From Ascidiella aspersa (Eukaryota), in assembly GCA_963924565.1 (NCBI GenBank), contig OZ004614.1:7440001-7504000 (forward strand): a stretch of 64,000 nucleotides of DNA, in the 5' to 3' direction. Below are positions 1 through 13,600 of this stretch, in pieces. The position numbers were made by a program, and so were the translations under genes. Under the pieces are notes generated by a model. The model was not told the DNA's origin, did no database searches, and saw only the letters and a list, made by a program, of their open reading frames with translations. How positions within the stretch are numbered: the stretch's first letter is position 1; each line of letters opens with the position of its first letter.

Positions 1-371
1 GCACATTTTATATTTTTTGAGATAATATGTCAAATGCAGTTTCTGACTTTTGGTTCAGTGCAAGAGGGAAGTAAATTCTTAATCTGGCGCTTGTTGACTG
101 CCACAAGTCCAGGAAAATTTCTTTAGAAAGGGCTTTTTCTTTGATGTGTGTCCGACAATTTATGCCTCATTAAATAGCAATACTTGTTACTTTGAAAAAA
201 AATTATTCGTCTCATCGGATACCAAATATTTTATTGAAAAAATGTCATAATAAGATGAAAAAAGATTCCAAATTAACATAAAAAAAACATAATTTTCTCT
301 GTGTTTTTCTATATTTCGCTTTAACCAAACAAACAAGATAAACACGGTATGTTAAATGTTACAAAGCTTAC

Positions 372-2612
372 TGCAATTGAGTATTGGATCAGCATCGATA
401 TCACCTTGATGAGGATAAGTAGCACTAAAACATGCATTTCAAAATCCTATATTAACATCCTATTTTGCCGACAAAATACATGCCGGAGCGAAAGCCCACA
501 GAAGCAAAAATCTCGTTTAGGTAAACCATAATAAAATATTTAATTAGGAGATTCACAATTCTTTCCAGGGCCCCTTAGTTAGCTGGCATTCAATGCAAAA
601 AAAATACCAGCAAGAATTATACACACAACTCAATTGGTTTAGTTGAGTCAACCACTTTGAAACGGCTTATCTTTTTTCATGTCGAAACCATTTTCATTCA
701 TTTGTTTTACGCGAGTCTGGTGTAAAGTGAAAGATATCAACTCACAAAATTTATGTGTGCTGAAAAAAATCACAATTTATCGCTGGTCGATAGTCAACAC
801 TTTACAATGGGAAAAAATCATGTTTGTAGGCATTGAAATGTGTACAGAACATTATTGAACCTGAAGGTTTTCATAGTACGCTGTTCAAAATGTTTTTTTA
901 CCAGACTTCACATAAAAAATGTGTGTTTACGCAATTCGCGCTACGTTCCCTGCACAACTTTTTGTTAAACTAAGAATGTGTTCTTGCAAAAATGTGTTTT
1001 GGCAACATATAACAAGCTTCTAACTACTAAAGCTTTTCGGAAAACTTTAGAGACGTCCTTTTTTATACATAGACAATAGACACTGATAAAACCATCGGGT
1101 GAAACGAAACAACTACAACAGATTTAAAAAAAATGTCATACTTGATGCTGACGTTTGATCCCCCGCAGTATATCGACAAGTCGTCTGAGATGTTGGAATA
1201 GGTCGTCATGTCTAAGTAAAGCAAAATAAACGAAAATTGAAAAGCCCCTGATATGAAGACTAAAACCGTGACAGCAGATTGCTGTTCCACAAACTTAGTT
1301 ATTTTTAAAAGACTTTAACCAAATCCAAAACACCGTTATTAGCATAAACTTGATTTTCAGATAATTGACAACTATTTATAAAAGAATGTTATCTTGCAAT
1401 TTAAAACATACGGCATGATATGTAGGCCTAGTGGAGAGCTAAACCTGTAATTAAAATATCTCAGCAACAGATGTATCTGATGTTTAGCTTGTATTTTATT
1501 GTTATTTAACTGACTATGTTTTTGATAATACAATAACTATTATTTAACGTATTGATGTAAGCACTTCATAGAATAGTCACAGGAGTCTAAGACGGCAAAG
1601 TGTAAAAGACATTTTTTTGTTTTTGTTACAGAAAAATGCCTTAAATTCTAACAAAACGTTTTGTTAAAGGAAAAAAAAAATTGGTCTGGAAAATGTTATA
1701 TTGAAATGGGTCAATATGGCTGTGCTATTGGTTCTTGATGTTGGCGAAAATTTTTCTTTGTGTTACGTATAATGTTTCACTTTGATTGATTCTTGCATTT
1801 ATTTTTAAATTTATCTTTGTATACAAACTGCCAATGTATGTCGCGAAATTGTGATATAAACTAGATATAACATTCTAGGAAATATAATGAAAATACTTGT
1901 TAGAAAAACTCACTCATTCCGAAAACGTCCCAGTCAATAACTTCCCGCTTTTCTCTGAGGTTTTCATTCCCTAAAAAACATCGTACAATCATGCTACTTT
2001 TCAATATTGTATTAATTAAACTCGTAACATACAATGCAGATTATAAAACTTTGAAAGCCTGCGCTAAACGAAAGCTTATAATTAAAAACAATCCTTAAAA
2101 GCACGGGTTCTTAAAATGCGGATCATGGACCCATTGGGGGTCCGTATAAAAGTTTTAGGGGGTCCATGCAGGCCTAATGGAAATATTAGTGTATATTTAA
2201 GAAGTAATCATTAAAAAAAAGTTTAATTAAAAATAAAACGTTTTTGCACTAAATGTAGACTTTATGTAGACCGAAAGCATCACGTTTCTAAAGTTTTACA
2301 TTATTATTCCGGCAATTTATGATGTCATCTGTGAAAATTGCTTGCCAACCGTGGTCTGCGAGAATCAAAGATAAATTTTTGGGGTCCGCGGTAAAAAAGT
2401 TAAAAAAAAACCTGCTTTAAAGGAATTTTTTGGTAACCACAAAGCATTCGCGTTTATGGAACCGCTTTAATGTTAGCAAACAGGCTGCGTAGATTTACGC
2501 TCACTGTTACCTTCACCAAAAGTATAAATTTAATTTAGTCGAACGTACCGCTGGCCACAGCCGCGAGACACATCAAGAGGAACACAGCAGTTGCCACGTT
2601 TGCTGACGTCAT
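372..2612 (-). CDS. Uncharacterised secreted or cell-surface glycoprotein precursor, 5' exons only (3' end unresolved, probably beyond the window start)
   Basis: Exons 2549-2612 (GCCACG-ATG, MTSANVATAVFLLMCLAAVAS, donor G|GTACG), 1914-1970 (GNENLREKREVIDWDVFGM, A|GTGAGT), 1142-1211 (NMTTYSNISDDLSIYCGGSNVSI, AA|GTATG), 372-424 (NATYPHQGDIDADPILNC, A|GTAAG). Phases 1,1,2,1 join without stops. A 5'UTR acceptor lies at 2792. Confidence 0.7.
2102..2414. mobile_element. hAT (Charlie/Buster-like) MITE
   Basis: CACGGGTTCTTAA ... AAACCTG; TSD CTTAAAAG/CTTTAAAG; GGGGTCC subterminal repeats. Confidence 0.75.
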
Positions 2613-2842
2613 CGTGGCGTAATCAGTTTTCTGCGGGTGCAAAACAGTGCAGGAATAAATTGAGTGAAAGGCTCTTTGCAAAGCAGTGGCTACGTTACCG
2701 TTCGACAATCGTTTCACCTTCAGCTGGTCGCTGAGCTTTAATTTTCCGGTTGCGTCGGTCAGATAGTTACAGGTAACAGCCAACACAATTCCCTATGTTA
2801 AGAACAGAAAACAAGCTATATGGTTAAAATCAGCGTTGTAAC

Positions 2843-3547
2843 CAGCGTTGTGAAACTTGACTTGAGTGCACTTAAGTTACTGTTTTCGAATGACTTGGCT
2901 GAAGTTTTTTAGACAAATGGCTTGACTTGGACTTAAGTCATTGAGTCGCATGACTTGGGGTGAATTTAAGTATTTTTATTTACCATTTTATTATAAAGTT
3001 GAGCTATTTATCGCAAGTTTTGCACATAAAACGATTGGGTTACAACAGGTTGCTTTTATTTACTTGTGAGTTAATCTATTGCTTTTAACCGGAAGAGTTT
3101 ACCCCTTTTATTGGTTGATCGTTTTTTTAATATATCAAAGGTTTGACTTGAAGATGACTTGCTGTAATAATGACTTGACTGGGACTTGACTTGGGCAACT
3201 GATGACTTGGTCTGGGACGACTTGACTCGCTATTTTTAACAAAATACTTGTCTTAGACTTAAGTTATTTCACAAATGAAGTACGCAGCTCGAAATTATTT
3301 GCGTAATATCTCCGAAAGTAAACAAGATATCGATCTGAAATTTCTACACATTACTTAAAGAAACCTAAGCTAGCCAGCAATCAGACTTTTTTTTTAAAAA
3401 AACTTTAAAATATTAATATTCATATTTATGAATATTAATATTCAGTAATATTTGGCCCTAAAATTAAAATGTGCCCTAAGTGACTTGCATAGGGTGATAG
3501 CTATGAGTCTACTCTTTAAAATGAGATATGACTTGTTTATAACACTC
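2843..3547. mobile_element. Family A MITE, diverged and interrupted by a ~200-bp unrelated insert (~3278-3480)
   Basis: Starts CAGCGTTGTG, GACTT repeats to ~3270, right end ATGACTTGTTTATAACACT at ~3528-3546. Confidence 0.7.
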
Positions 3548-4089
3548 GTTAAAACTGTCATGGACTGCGATGAAAGGTAAGCACTGCATATAATCCTGCC
3601 TATCGAACAGAACGCACCTAACGGACATAACACAACTCCTTGGCTGATCAAACAATACATTAACTACTTCCGTTTCATTGTCGGGACACTAATACGATCT
3701 GCTGTGCGTTCGGAATGCAAATAATTTTAAAATCTCTGTCACAGAACTATCTTTCAATCAAAGTTTACCAACCTTATTGTACAGTTATCTCCTAAGTATA
3801 TTTAGTGTTTGCTGATAAACAAAGCGTTTTTCTTTTCATTCTAAATTTCATTCTTTGTTTTCAATCTAATTTGACATTGTAATTATAAAAAAAAAACTAC
3901 TTGAGTGTTGGTTAATCGAGAAACTATTAATTCGATTTTTGATTATTTCTTCTCTATATAATTATAATTTCCTGGCAAATTCAAGCAACAAATAAAAGTT
4001 TCTAATTTTAGTACCTGATTTATTAAGCTAAATTACAGCAATAATAACGAAATCGTTACTAATCTCAATATCACTGAAGGAAATTCTCA

Positions 4090-4560
4090 CCCAGATTTAC
4101 GTTTCTGTCGCATATTTAACCAAGCTAAAAAGTGCACGCCGGTACAGCTGCGAGCCAACCTTATCTTTAAAATTTCGGCGTACTGCACTTTACTTAAAAT
4201 CCACGCCAACTAACGCGAACTTTTTCGACGGGCAAAAATGGGCCGTGTTGATCTCGTAAGAAAAACCCTGGGCGAATGCATCGAAACATCTCGCCTCCCA
4301 ACAAGCTGTAACACGCGCAAAGCCTTCTCAAGCCGAACAACGAAGCAGCTCGGCGGAAGACGAGAACTGGCGTGATTTCATCGCCGCGTTTCCGCCCTAC
4401 TCGTCGTCGACAATTGTTCTTCGCTGTGCAGGTGTGTGCGCCAAATGCCCGCGTCTTGACGTGCGCCAAGCAGTGATGTCACGACGTTGCGGGCGCGCGG
4501 TGTGCGCCGAATACAGCAAGCGCTTTTTAATCGTAACACATCGTAACAAGAGGAACAAAT
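4090..4560 (-). promoter_or_regulatory. Candidate promoter / non-coding first exon of the secreted-protein gene
   Basis: CpG-dense patch 4200-4520 upstream of the ATG exon. Donor-like TGG|GTGAG at 4091 could pair with the acceptor at 2792. Confidence 0.35.
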
Positions 4561-5545
4561 CGCCTTTTAAACAGCGAGCCTCTGCAACCGGCCGCGGTTT
4601 TAACATTTGCTGAAAGAGTCCGTTTGGTAGTCTTCCGACTTTCCAATGACCAGTACTTCATTATGTTTCCCACGCACGGAAATTAAGCGGTCCTGGACTA
4701 AACACACAACCAGTAAAAAAATGTTTCCTTGAGATGCTTACAAACAACACAAGCGCAGCAAACCTACATATGTGTCAATTGACATCTGTTTCCAATGAAA
4801 AAATATGACGGGCCTGACGTGCGTTTTATTTTCGGATGAAGCGCTAGCGTTCGGCAAACTGTAAAAAAATGTACAGAGAATGAAATAAAACAATTCCTTT
4901 TTAAACGCCTTTTTAAACAGTGGGCCTCTGCAACCGGCCTCGGTTTTAACATTGCTGGGAAGAGTTGGTGGTCTTTCGACTTGTTAATGACCAGTAGTTC
5001 ATTATCTTCCCCACACACGCAAATTAAGCGGCCCTTGACTAAACACACAACAAGTAAAATTGGCAATTTTAAAACGTAACACATCGTAACGAAAAGTTTT
5101 TTTTCGCCTTTTTAAGAGTGACCCTCTGCAATCAGCCGTGGTTTTAAGATTGCTTTAAAGCGGGGGTTCTTAAAATGGGGTCCATGGACCACTTGGGGTT
5201 CTGTGAACTATTTTTTTAAGAACCCCTGCTTTAAAGAGCCCGCTTTGTTCTCTTCCGACTAACCAATGGCCAGTGGTTGGTTATGTTTGCCACGCACGGA
5301 AATTAAGCGGCCTTGGAGTGGACACATGACAATTTAAAAAACAAAGCTATGTGCCGAATTCCACTTTTCGGCAAAGCTATTTTCTTAAGCTGCATGCAAG
5401 AACACAATCGGGACAAACCTATATTTGGCAATTGGTATTTGTTTCAGCTGAAATGAGTATGATGAGCTTGCCGGCCGTTTTTAATTTACGGATGAAGCAG
5501 TAACTGTAGAAAAACTAAATGTACAGAGAATGAAATAAATATTAA
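4524..5545. repeat. Diverged tandem triplication (units start ~4561, ~4906, ~5105)
   Basis: Repeated CGCCTTTT..CCTCTGCAA..GGTTTTAA, CACGGAAATTAAGCGG and ATGTACAGAGAATGAAATAAA blocks. Confidence 0.85.
5161..5228. mobile_element. 68-bp minimal hAT MITE, relative of the 2102 element
   Basis: CGGGGGTTCTTAAAA / TTTTAAGAACCCCTG; perfect TSD CTTTAAAG; absent from the paralogous tandem units. Confidence 0.85.
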
Positions 5546-7477
5546 AACGTAAATGCAGTTCTATTTAACTAGCCCAGTGTTTTAAAGATCAAGTGATTAT
5601 TTCCAATGTCCTATCAAAAGACACGACGGATTTTTACGAAATCGATCGGTATATTCATCAAAAAAAACCTTAACGCACAATCCTGAAATGTTAAAATTAA
5701 AAATCGATCGAAACAAGAAGCAATCATTCTTATCTACTGACTTCTTTGTATTGAAACCAGATAGATGGCTGATAATTTTAATTGAAGGTAGTTCCATTTT
5801 TGACGGAAAGCGTGTGAAATTAAAATGTTTATGGGATCCACTTGGGTAATAAGCAATTTTTGTAATGCAACAACCAGCATATATCGTTGTACATATTATT
5901 CATATATCGTTGTAGATATTAAGTTTTTGTTTAGACAGAAATGTAAAAAAAATCATTTTTTAAGAGCTTTTCTATATTTTTTTCTCTTGTACCACAGAAA
6001 ACAGCACTTTCAAGCTGTGCAGGTTATGTGCTTTAGCTCCTTTTGTGAGGGCGTATATTTTTAGAAATACAGGAGAGATTTAATCTATATTTAACAAATG
6101 GTTCGCTTATTAGGCGCGTATCTAGGATTGACAGTGAGAATAAAAAAAAATAAAAATGCCGTCACAAAGGTACTTATAAAGTGACGTTACAGAGTTATTA
6201 AAAACGTGACGTCAAGAAGTAACCGTTACGTCAAAACGTGACGTCAATAAGTAACCTTAAGAACACCACACAGTTGATTTATTTTTACTACCATCAGTGC
6301 AGTTTGTGCGCTGCAGAACAAGGCGCTCCGATTTTTGTTTGTTTATAAAAAATGATTTAATTAAAAAAAAATAAAGTAAAACTAGCGCCGTTTCAAACCA
6401 TCGTGTACTTCCATTATAATTTTCAGGCTTTGCAATGTTTCGGCGAAGTAATTTCCATAACATAATGCAATTTGTGCAACATGTACGTTTTTAGCGTAAC
6501 TGCAAGCATTCTTCGAGAGCAAATATATTTATTTTGTGGGATCAAACATACTTTACGTGTAGTAATTGCTTGCTTTGAGTGATACTTCATAAAGGAAACA
6601 AAAAAGCCAAAAATCACGGGCATGGACCAGCATAAAATAACATTTTTTGCCGATTCGATCGATCGAAACAGAAAAACCGTCAAGTTTTAAAGCTTAACAA
6701 ATATTTTATTTCGCACTTTGCGCGAATGTTTGCCGTTTGTTAAATATCAACAAAACATCGAAAATGTAATGGACCTATTCGAATTTGCCAACTGAACATC
6801 GATAGAAAGTTTAAATAGGCCCAAAATATATATTTACGGGGGGAGGCATGACAAAGCACCCACTTATTCGTTGTAGGGGATTTATATCAAAATTATAAAT
6901 GATTTATTTAACCGCACAGCATGCAGATTATTCCTTCGCCTATATCACATTTGATAACCACGTACATTCGTACATATTGGATCATTAAGTCTGCCATAAG
7001 GAAAATGGCCTACTAGTTACGCAAACTTTTTTTTTTTTTGAAACGGTGCGGGAACCGGTTAAATCCCATCACTGGTTGGTCACAAATGTATTTTACAGTT
7101 CGACCACTGTTCAATTCGTTCGATAGCGACATAATGCGTTTTCACTTCTCGGAGAGCGAGACGGCTGTGCTTCCAGTTGAACTAATAAGTGACGTGACAT
7201 ACAGATGTCAGTGATATTCTTTCTAATTTGGTGCCCTTCGAATGCTGCTTGGTAACAGGTTTAGCCACATAAATGCCATTGTATTGCAAAAATACTATAT
7301 TCTTTGCCTAAGCAAACGTCTATCCGGAATTTTTGAATGACTGAAGTCACTCTTTTTAAAAAATTGTTACCCGCGTGTTTGTCGTGAAATCAAATCCCAT
7401 TCAGGTGGACTAGTAACTTCAAATACATAGGAAAATTGGGTTATATAAAAAGCATCATCTCTACAATTTAACATAAT

Positions 7478-7483
7478 TTTATT
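7478..7483 (-). other. Probable polyadenylation signal (AATAAA) of RPN2
   Basis: AATAAA on the minus strand ~200 nt after the RPN2 stop codon. Confidence 0.55.
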
Positions 7484-7678
7484 TCGAAAGGGCTTCAACC
7501 TGGGAAGATTCAGAAAACAAGAGAACTTTGAAAGAATTTAGCCGGGAGAAAAAATTTGTTTCGCCTTTGGCCCAAAATTCAAAACGAGAAAAGAGCCGAA
7601 ATAAAATCAAAATGCTTCACGGTTCACGACGAGGGGGGTGGCGTTCGCTAGTGAGGGAAACCACCCGGGAACGTGACG

Positions 7679-10600
7679 TCAGCGGTTCTGGGCCATCTCG
7701 GACAGGACCGAGTTGCCGAAGACGAAGGTTACGGCGCCTACGCCGGACAGGTACTGAATCGTTGTGAACATGTCGAGCTTGAGCCAGAAGAAGAAGTACA
7801 AGACGAAGATGCCTGGAAAAGAAGTATTTTTGGTTTTGGTTTGAGCCTAATATTGTATCAATAATACTTGACCCACCAAACTAAAACCCGCACCCTAACC
7901 CAAATAATGTTTGCAATATAAACCCCGAACGAAAATGTGGTAGGATTTACTACTTGACCCACCCAAACCCAAACGCTATAACTCGCAGCTTACCACAAAT
8001 AATGTTTGCACAATAAACCCCTAGACGTAAATGTGGTAGGGTCCAAGACCAGCGCCCAATTTTCTTTCGAATTTTTTTGTTGGATCATAAGGCTGTTTGT
8101 TTTGGCGAGATGCCTTGTTTAGGTTTATTTTTAGGTCGAAGGGATTATTCGTGCGAAACATTAAACTCTATCATGCTGTGTTTACTTTATACCTTTACCA
8201 AAATACCACGGGCTACAGGTACCCCACCCCTAAACAGCAAAGAAGATAAAGAAATTTTTCAGATATGCCATCAGGATGTCATATAATATTGTTTTTCTGG
8301 GTTAATAAATTTCCAGGTCAGCGTTTGCAAAATGCGAACGTAGAATTAAATTAGAGCCATCAAGAAATCGGTAAAACAGGTGTCTTACCAGCAATTCCAA
8401 GATGGAAGATGAGGTTCTTGGGCGCCAAACGCAGGTTTCCGAGGTTTGCTCCAACACGAATCCACTGTTAAATAAAATAAATATTTACTTCAATTTGCTT
8501 TTTTGTTCAAGTTGGGGGAAAGAACAAGTAAAATATGGGTCAAAATATTAGATTCGCTAAGTACTAAAAGGGCTTGATTTCGTTTTAAGAGAATATTTTT
8601 ACATTTGTATTAAAACAGTAGTAAAAAAACTTTTTTAATTGGATTACATTTTTTTCAAAGAACCTCGCTTTTTTAGAAAAAACTAGTCGAATGCCTTTTC
8701 AAAGCAGCAAAATAACCATTAGCAATCACACACCATGATGAACAGCAGGACGATTGGAAGCAGACAGGCCACTGTGAAAGCTTGTGAAATAACCGCTGGG
8801 GGGCGCTCCTCTGGCAACCTAAACACGTGACGTATCTCGGGCTTGGGGGCGTACTGCTCTTCGAATGCCGCCTTTGGTTTCTTGGTTGATTCGCCCAACT
8901 TCAAAGTGACGCTGCCCTGTGGTTTTAAACGATCGGAAAAGTTATGAAATGCTCGCTGACAGCAAACCGCAGTGTAATGTAAGTCATAATGTTTTGGTTA
9001 GTACAATGTCGTTTATTGCTTGGTATGAGGATGGTTTTATGTATCGACTAAAAAAAGGCCTAAACGCCTGGACATATGCTAAATTTCATAGGTATTTTCT
9101 GGCATTTTTTTAATATTTAAGGGGTGTAACAATCACGCAAATATGCCAGAAAAAATCGTGTAAAGGTCACATATCAATGATCATTCTAAAAAACGTATCA
9201 AAAACGAAGAAAGCATTAAGTCGGATAATTCAATGCTCTTCAACCAGTGTGCACGGTGCACCAAAATATGCATGTGGTGCACCAGTACGAAAAGCTATAC
9301 AAGGGACAAGGGTGCATCACAAACTTTAATGAACCATTATTATTTTCACCTCAAGTTTGTTTGACTGCGGTTTCATGACATGCAATTGTACTCGTAAGCA
9401 GCCTGCAGCCATAATCGAACTCTCACCGACAGTGTGTAAAACTTCGGCAGCTCCGCTCGGTTTAATTGACATGATATTGATATGCATAATGATTTTTCAT
9501 ATTGTTTTTCACCAAACAAAATTAGGTTAAAGAGAGCTGGGATAAGTAACTGTTGTTACCCGGCCCAAGTCGAGTCTACATCCCTCAGTAAAGCCAAATA
9601 GTCGAAAACATACATAAACAAGGCATAGCGAAATGCACAAATTTACGGCAAGCATTTTTTTAATGTCGATCACTGCTACACTGATGCAAATGTCAAAAAG
9701 CGAAACCATAAAGTTTGAAAAATAAAGGTTCATTTATGATGGGACGTTTTTATTTATGACAATAACCTTCTCCGGTATACTCTTGGTTGTAGAGAAATTA
9801 GGGTTCCGATTATACTAAATGCATACTAATTAAAATCCAACCCCTAGTGACGAATTTTCACCCAAGTGTTAAACTCTCATATTTAAACAAAATAAGGAAA
9901 AATACGTAAAAAAACGCTAGCACTTACGAACTGCCAGAAGACTGGGTTGGAGATGGCCGCATCGCCGACGATCAGCGACATGGAGTACTTGCCCGAGATG
10001 GAAGCAAACTGGTCGGAACCGGCGCTGGCCAGTTCGACCTCGAACTTGTAGGTGGAAGACTTGTCCGGCTCGGCCACGAAAATCACCTCCTGACCGCTAG
10101 TCTCGTGGACGAAGCGGACAAAGACCTGGCCGTGAATGGAATAGGTTAAGAGTAGGATAAATAACAAGAGAAGACGTTAAACAAGGTAAGCTATAACAAA
10201 CACTATAGTGTTCGGCGAAAAAGGCAATTAATAGGAATAGCGTAGTAAAACATAAATTAGTAAAAAAAGCACCGGGTGAAAAATGATTTTTTTTTAAAGT
10301 GGCGAAACACGGTAAAAAATATGACCAACCATTCTGTGACGTGTGGTGTGGTAACTTAACGGCGCCATGTGAAAAATGATTTTTAAAAAAAATGATAAAA
10401 AAGGTAAAAAAAAATGTTTTTAGGCATTCTGTGTTGTGTGGTGTAGTAATTCAGTTATGGGATTTATTTTGAACTGAAGGACTAGTGGTAGTTAGTATTT
10501 ATACACGAGTAGGGTATTAGGCATAACATCAGAATGGCGAATGGTGATCCATAGCTAGGCACATGGATTTCAAGTTTTCATTGTTGTTAGAAAAAACTCA

Positions 10601-13600
10601 AAAGTTTTAGAGCTTGCTGCCGATTAATTGCAAGTTTGCAGCAAAAAGTTCACCTGGTGCGGGAGCATTGGCGTTCCTGCGTTGACGTCCTTGACCTGGA
10701 ACTTCATCACGATTCGCTGCTGGGTGTCTGCCTTTAGGGCGTCAGCTTGTTTAGGGTAAGTAACACTGGAAAAATAAATAACCACTTTACCACAAATGCA
10801 CAGGAGTCCTTCGTTTTGGAAGCTTGGAGTGATTGTTGTTTCAAGGTGTTGAAAACTGCTATATTTACTTTGCGCATGTAGTCACTTCAGCTATCCGCAA
10901 TGAAACAAATAACGAATTAAACGAATAAGAAAACATTAACCCAACCAAGTAAACAACCCATACAAGCCGAACAGTAAACCATTAAACACACTACTAACCA
11001 ACGCCTCTTTATTATAATAATAGCAAATCTAAAATCGCAAACGTAAGCTTGAAAATCCACCTAACTTATCAACCAAACACATATACCAACCACTCCGCTT
11101 CAATTTTACAAAATATTTTATTAAAACAACCAAACAACCACACACTTCAATTGCACCAACAACCAAATCAATCAAACTCACCTCTTAAGGTCGGAGCCTG
11201 CGTGGTCTTTTTCTCCGGTGCCGAGCTGAATGTCCACGATCGCAATCTTGGTGGTGACCTTCACGCGGTACTCAAGGTCGGACACGCCCACCAGGTTTTT
11301 GGACGGAGACGTAATGCTGAGAAAAAGAACAACAACGTGTTGCTTATCCTGTTGCTCATTAACATTAGGTATGTAGATTGGGTTACCAAGTTAGAATTGA
11401 TAAGATCGTTTTTAATGTGAACCCTACAAAGATTTTTTTTAAGTGTACAATGTACGGTTCCAGCGAGGGATTGTAGGATATTTCACTCCCTAGATTTAAC
11501 ATCTCTTCAGTTTGCATGGCAGTATTGGCCTAAAAGTAATTTATGTGTGTCCTTGTGCTCAAGTTTAGCGCAATGTTACTAAAGTTTACGCGGCCCCTTC
11601 AAAAAAGGGGATGGTCAACTATGTTGAAATGTTCATTGGACAACATTTCATGGGGGAACAGAACTACAAATAAACATTCTTTAATAAAATAAACGGCAAT
11701 TCTTGCCGAAAAATGGCCCCACGAAGCGCATAGTCATCTACACAATGAGGCAGTCTGCTAGGTGCAACACGCACTCAAAACACCCCCAGATTACGTCACA
11801 AGCAAGAACCCACCCGAGTGTGACGTCATAGAAGCCGCTGGCGGGCTTGTCCTTCCAGAAGAGGACCTTGTAAACGGCGCGCTGTGCGTCGAACTGGAAC
11901 GGCACGTTGCTTAGCACCACTTCGTTGTCACTGCCTCGGACCACTGAGTCGATTTTCACGCTCAGCTTTGGCATCGGTTGTCCGAGCACGTTGAGCACAG
12001 AAACCTGCGCAAAAAAAGGGATTGGGCTTTATGGCCTTAAAAGTGGAAGTGTAGTTGTTGGGAGTGGTTTGAAAATCGTGGAAGAAATTTATGCGAATGG
12101 GTTTTTAAGAGTTTTGGAATGAAATTGAAAGGTTGCTTGAAAGCACGCAATAAGGTAAGAATTAGGGAGAAAAACTCAATATGCTTTGGAAGAAAATACA
12201 GCACTACAGCACAAGGTATAAAAGTCTGAGCCACGGTTAAATTTGCCTTTTTTTGAAGGCGGTATTTTGTAAAACAAAAAAGGATGAAACAAAGAGTTCA
12301 AATATGGCGACACATTTAGCAATTAATTCACCAGCCAAATAATTGTGACAAAATTACGCGACAAGAACTTAAATTTTAACAAAACAAAAGCAAATTTTAC
12401 CTCCAAGTATGGACTGTCCTCCGACACAGAGTTGCTTGACACCAGTTGTGCCTTGGCAGCCGATACTTGGCTGGAGGCGGCCATCTGTGAGAGTGGTATG
12501 ATGACCAGAGCGGCCTGCTTGCTGCTCCTAGCAACCGACTTGCTCTTCAGGAGGAAGTTGGCAAAGAGAAGACTCTGATCCTGAACACAAATTGATAACA
12601 TGTTTATTGTCTTTGACGGAATATTTTAAAGGAGCTAAAATTGGGACACTTTTACATGGGTCTTGTAAAAACGGCTTTGGAAATGTTTTTTTTTTATAAA
12701 TTGTTACTAAAGGACAGCAAAATAACATGCTGTTCAATTATTAGATTTTGCAGACGGTATCATCTCCCAAGAGAATTATTGTACGTTAAAAGTACTTTTT
12801 TCTTTATTGTTTTACGGCGGTAAATCGCGGTATATTTTACAGTAAAAGTCTTGCCACTGTTAAGTAGCAAAAAAATTAGTTGTTGGGCAATGGATTTTGT
12901 AAAAACTGCTTTCGAAATGTGTTTTTTTTTACACATTGTTGCCAAATGACAACAAAATAAATTGCTATAAATTAATTATTAGATTTGCAGAGATCTCCCC
13001 AAGAGTATAATTGCAGGTTGATACCCTAAAGGTGTGATTTTTGTGATATCACCGCTTTTTTACTTTTCAGTTGCTACATACTAATCAGCAATGGAGTAAT
13101 ACAGAATGGGTAACCTGACGTTTGATTGTGCAAAATGTAAACTACAGGATAACTTTCAGAACAAATACATTGCAAGAAAGATAGACAACAATCTTACTGT
13201 TGAGATGCCCAATGGAGATTTCTGCAGATCACTTAGTGCAAAGACAGCCGACAAAAAGTTGGAAGTGGTCTGAAGATCGTTCTCGAAATGGAGATAGCGT
13301 TCGTCAACTTCATCAGCTTGAGCAGCCATGTCCTGCAGGATTCAAATATTATTTATGTACATGGTTTTAAGCTTATTGCTTGCATGAAAAACAAGACAAG
13401 AAAATGTAATGCTTGTTAGTGATTACAATTTATTTCACTGCATCGTGAAATGATAAAAAAGTAAGCCTAGCATTTAAAAAAAAATGTTGTACAATTTTAA
13501 ACGCAAGATGATGACAAACTATATGTCTTTCCTTATGTAGTTAAAAAACTGGTTGAAATAAAAAGAAAAAAAAAACACTATAGTACCTCAACATCCACTG

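Noticed and set aside
1-120. Possible next exon of the secreted gene (acceptor at 120)
   Set aside because: Weak AAG acceptor and both candidate frames stop within ~40 codons; cannot be supported without more sequence.
7528-12578. Plus-strand ORFs 7528-7767, 7673-7864, 11049-11420, 11907-12122, 12345-12578
   Set aside because: Antisense shadows of GC-rich RPN2 exons.
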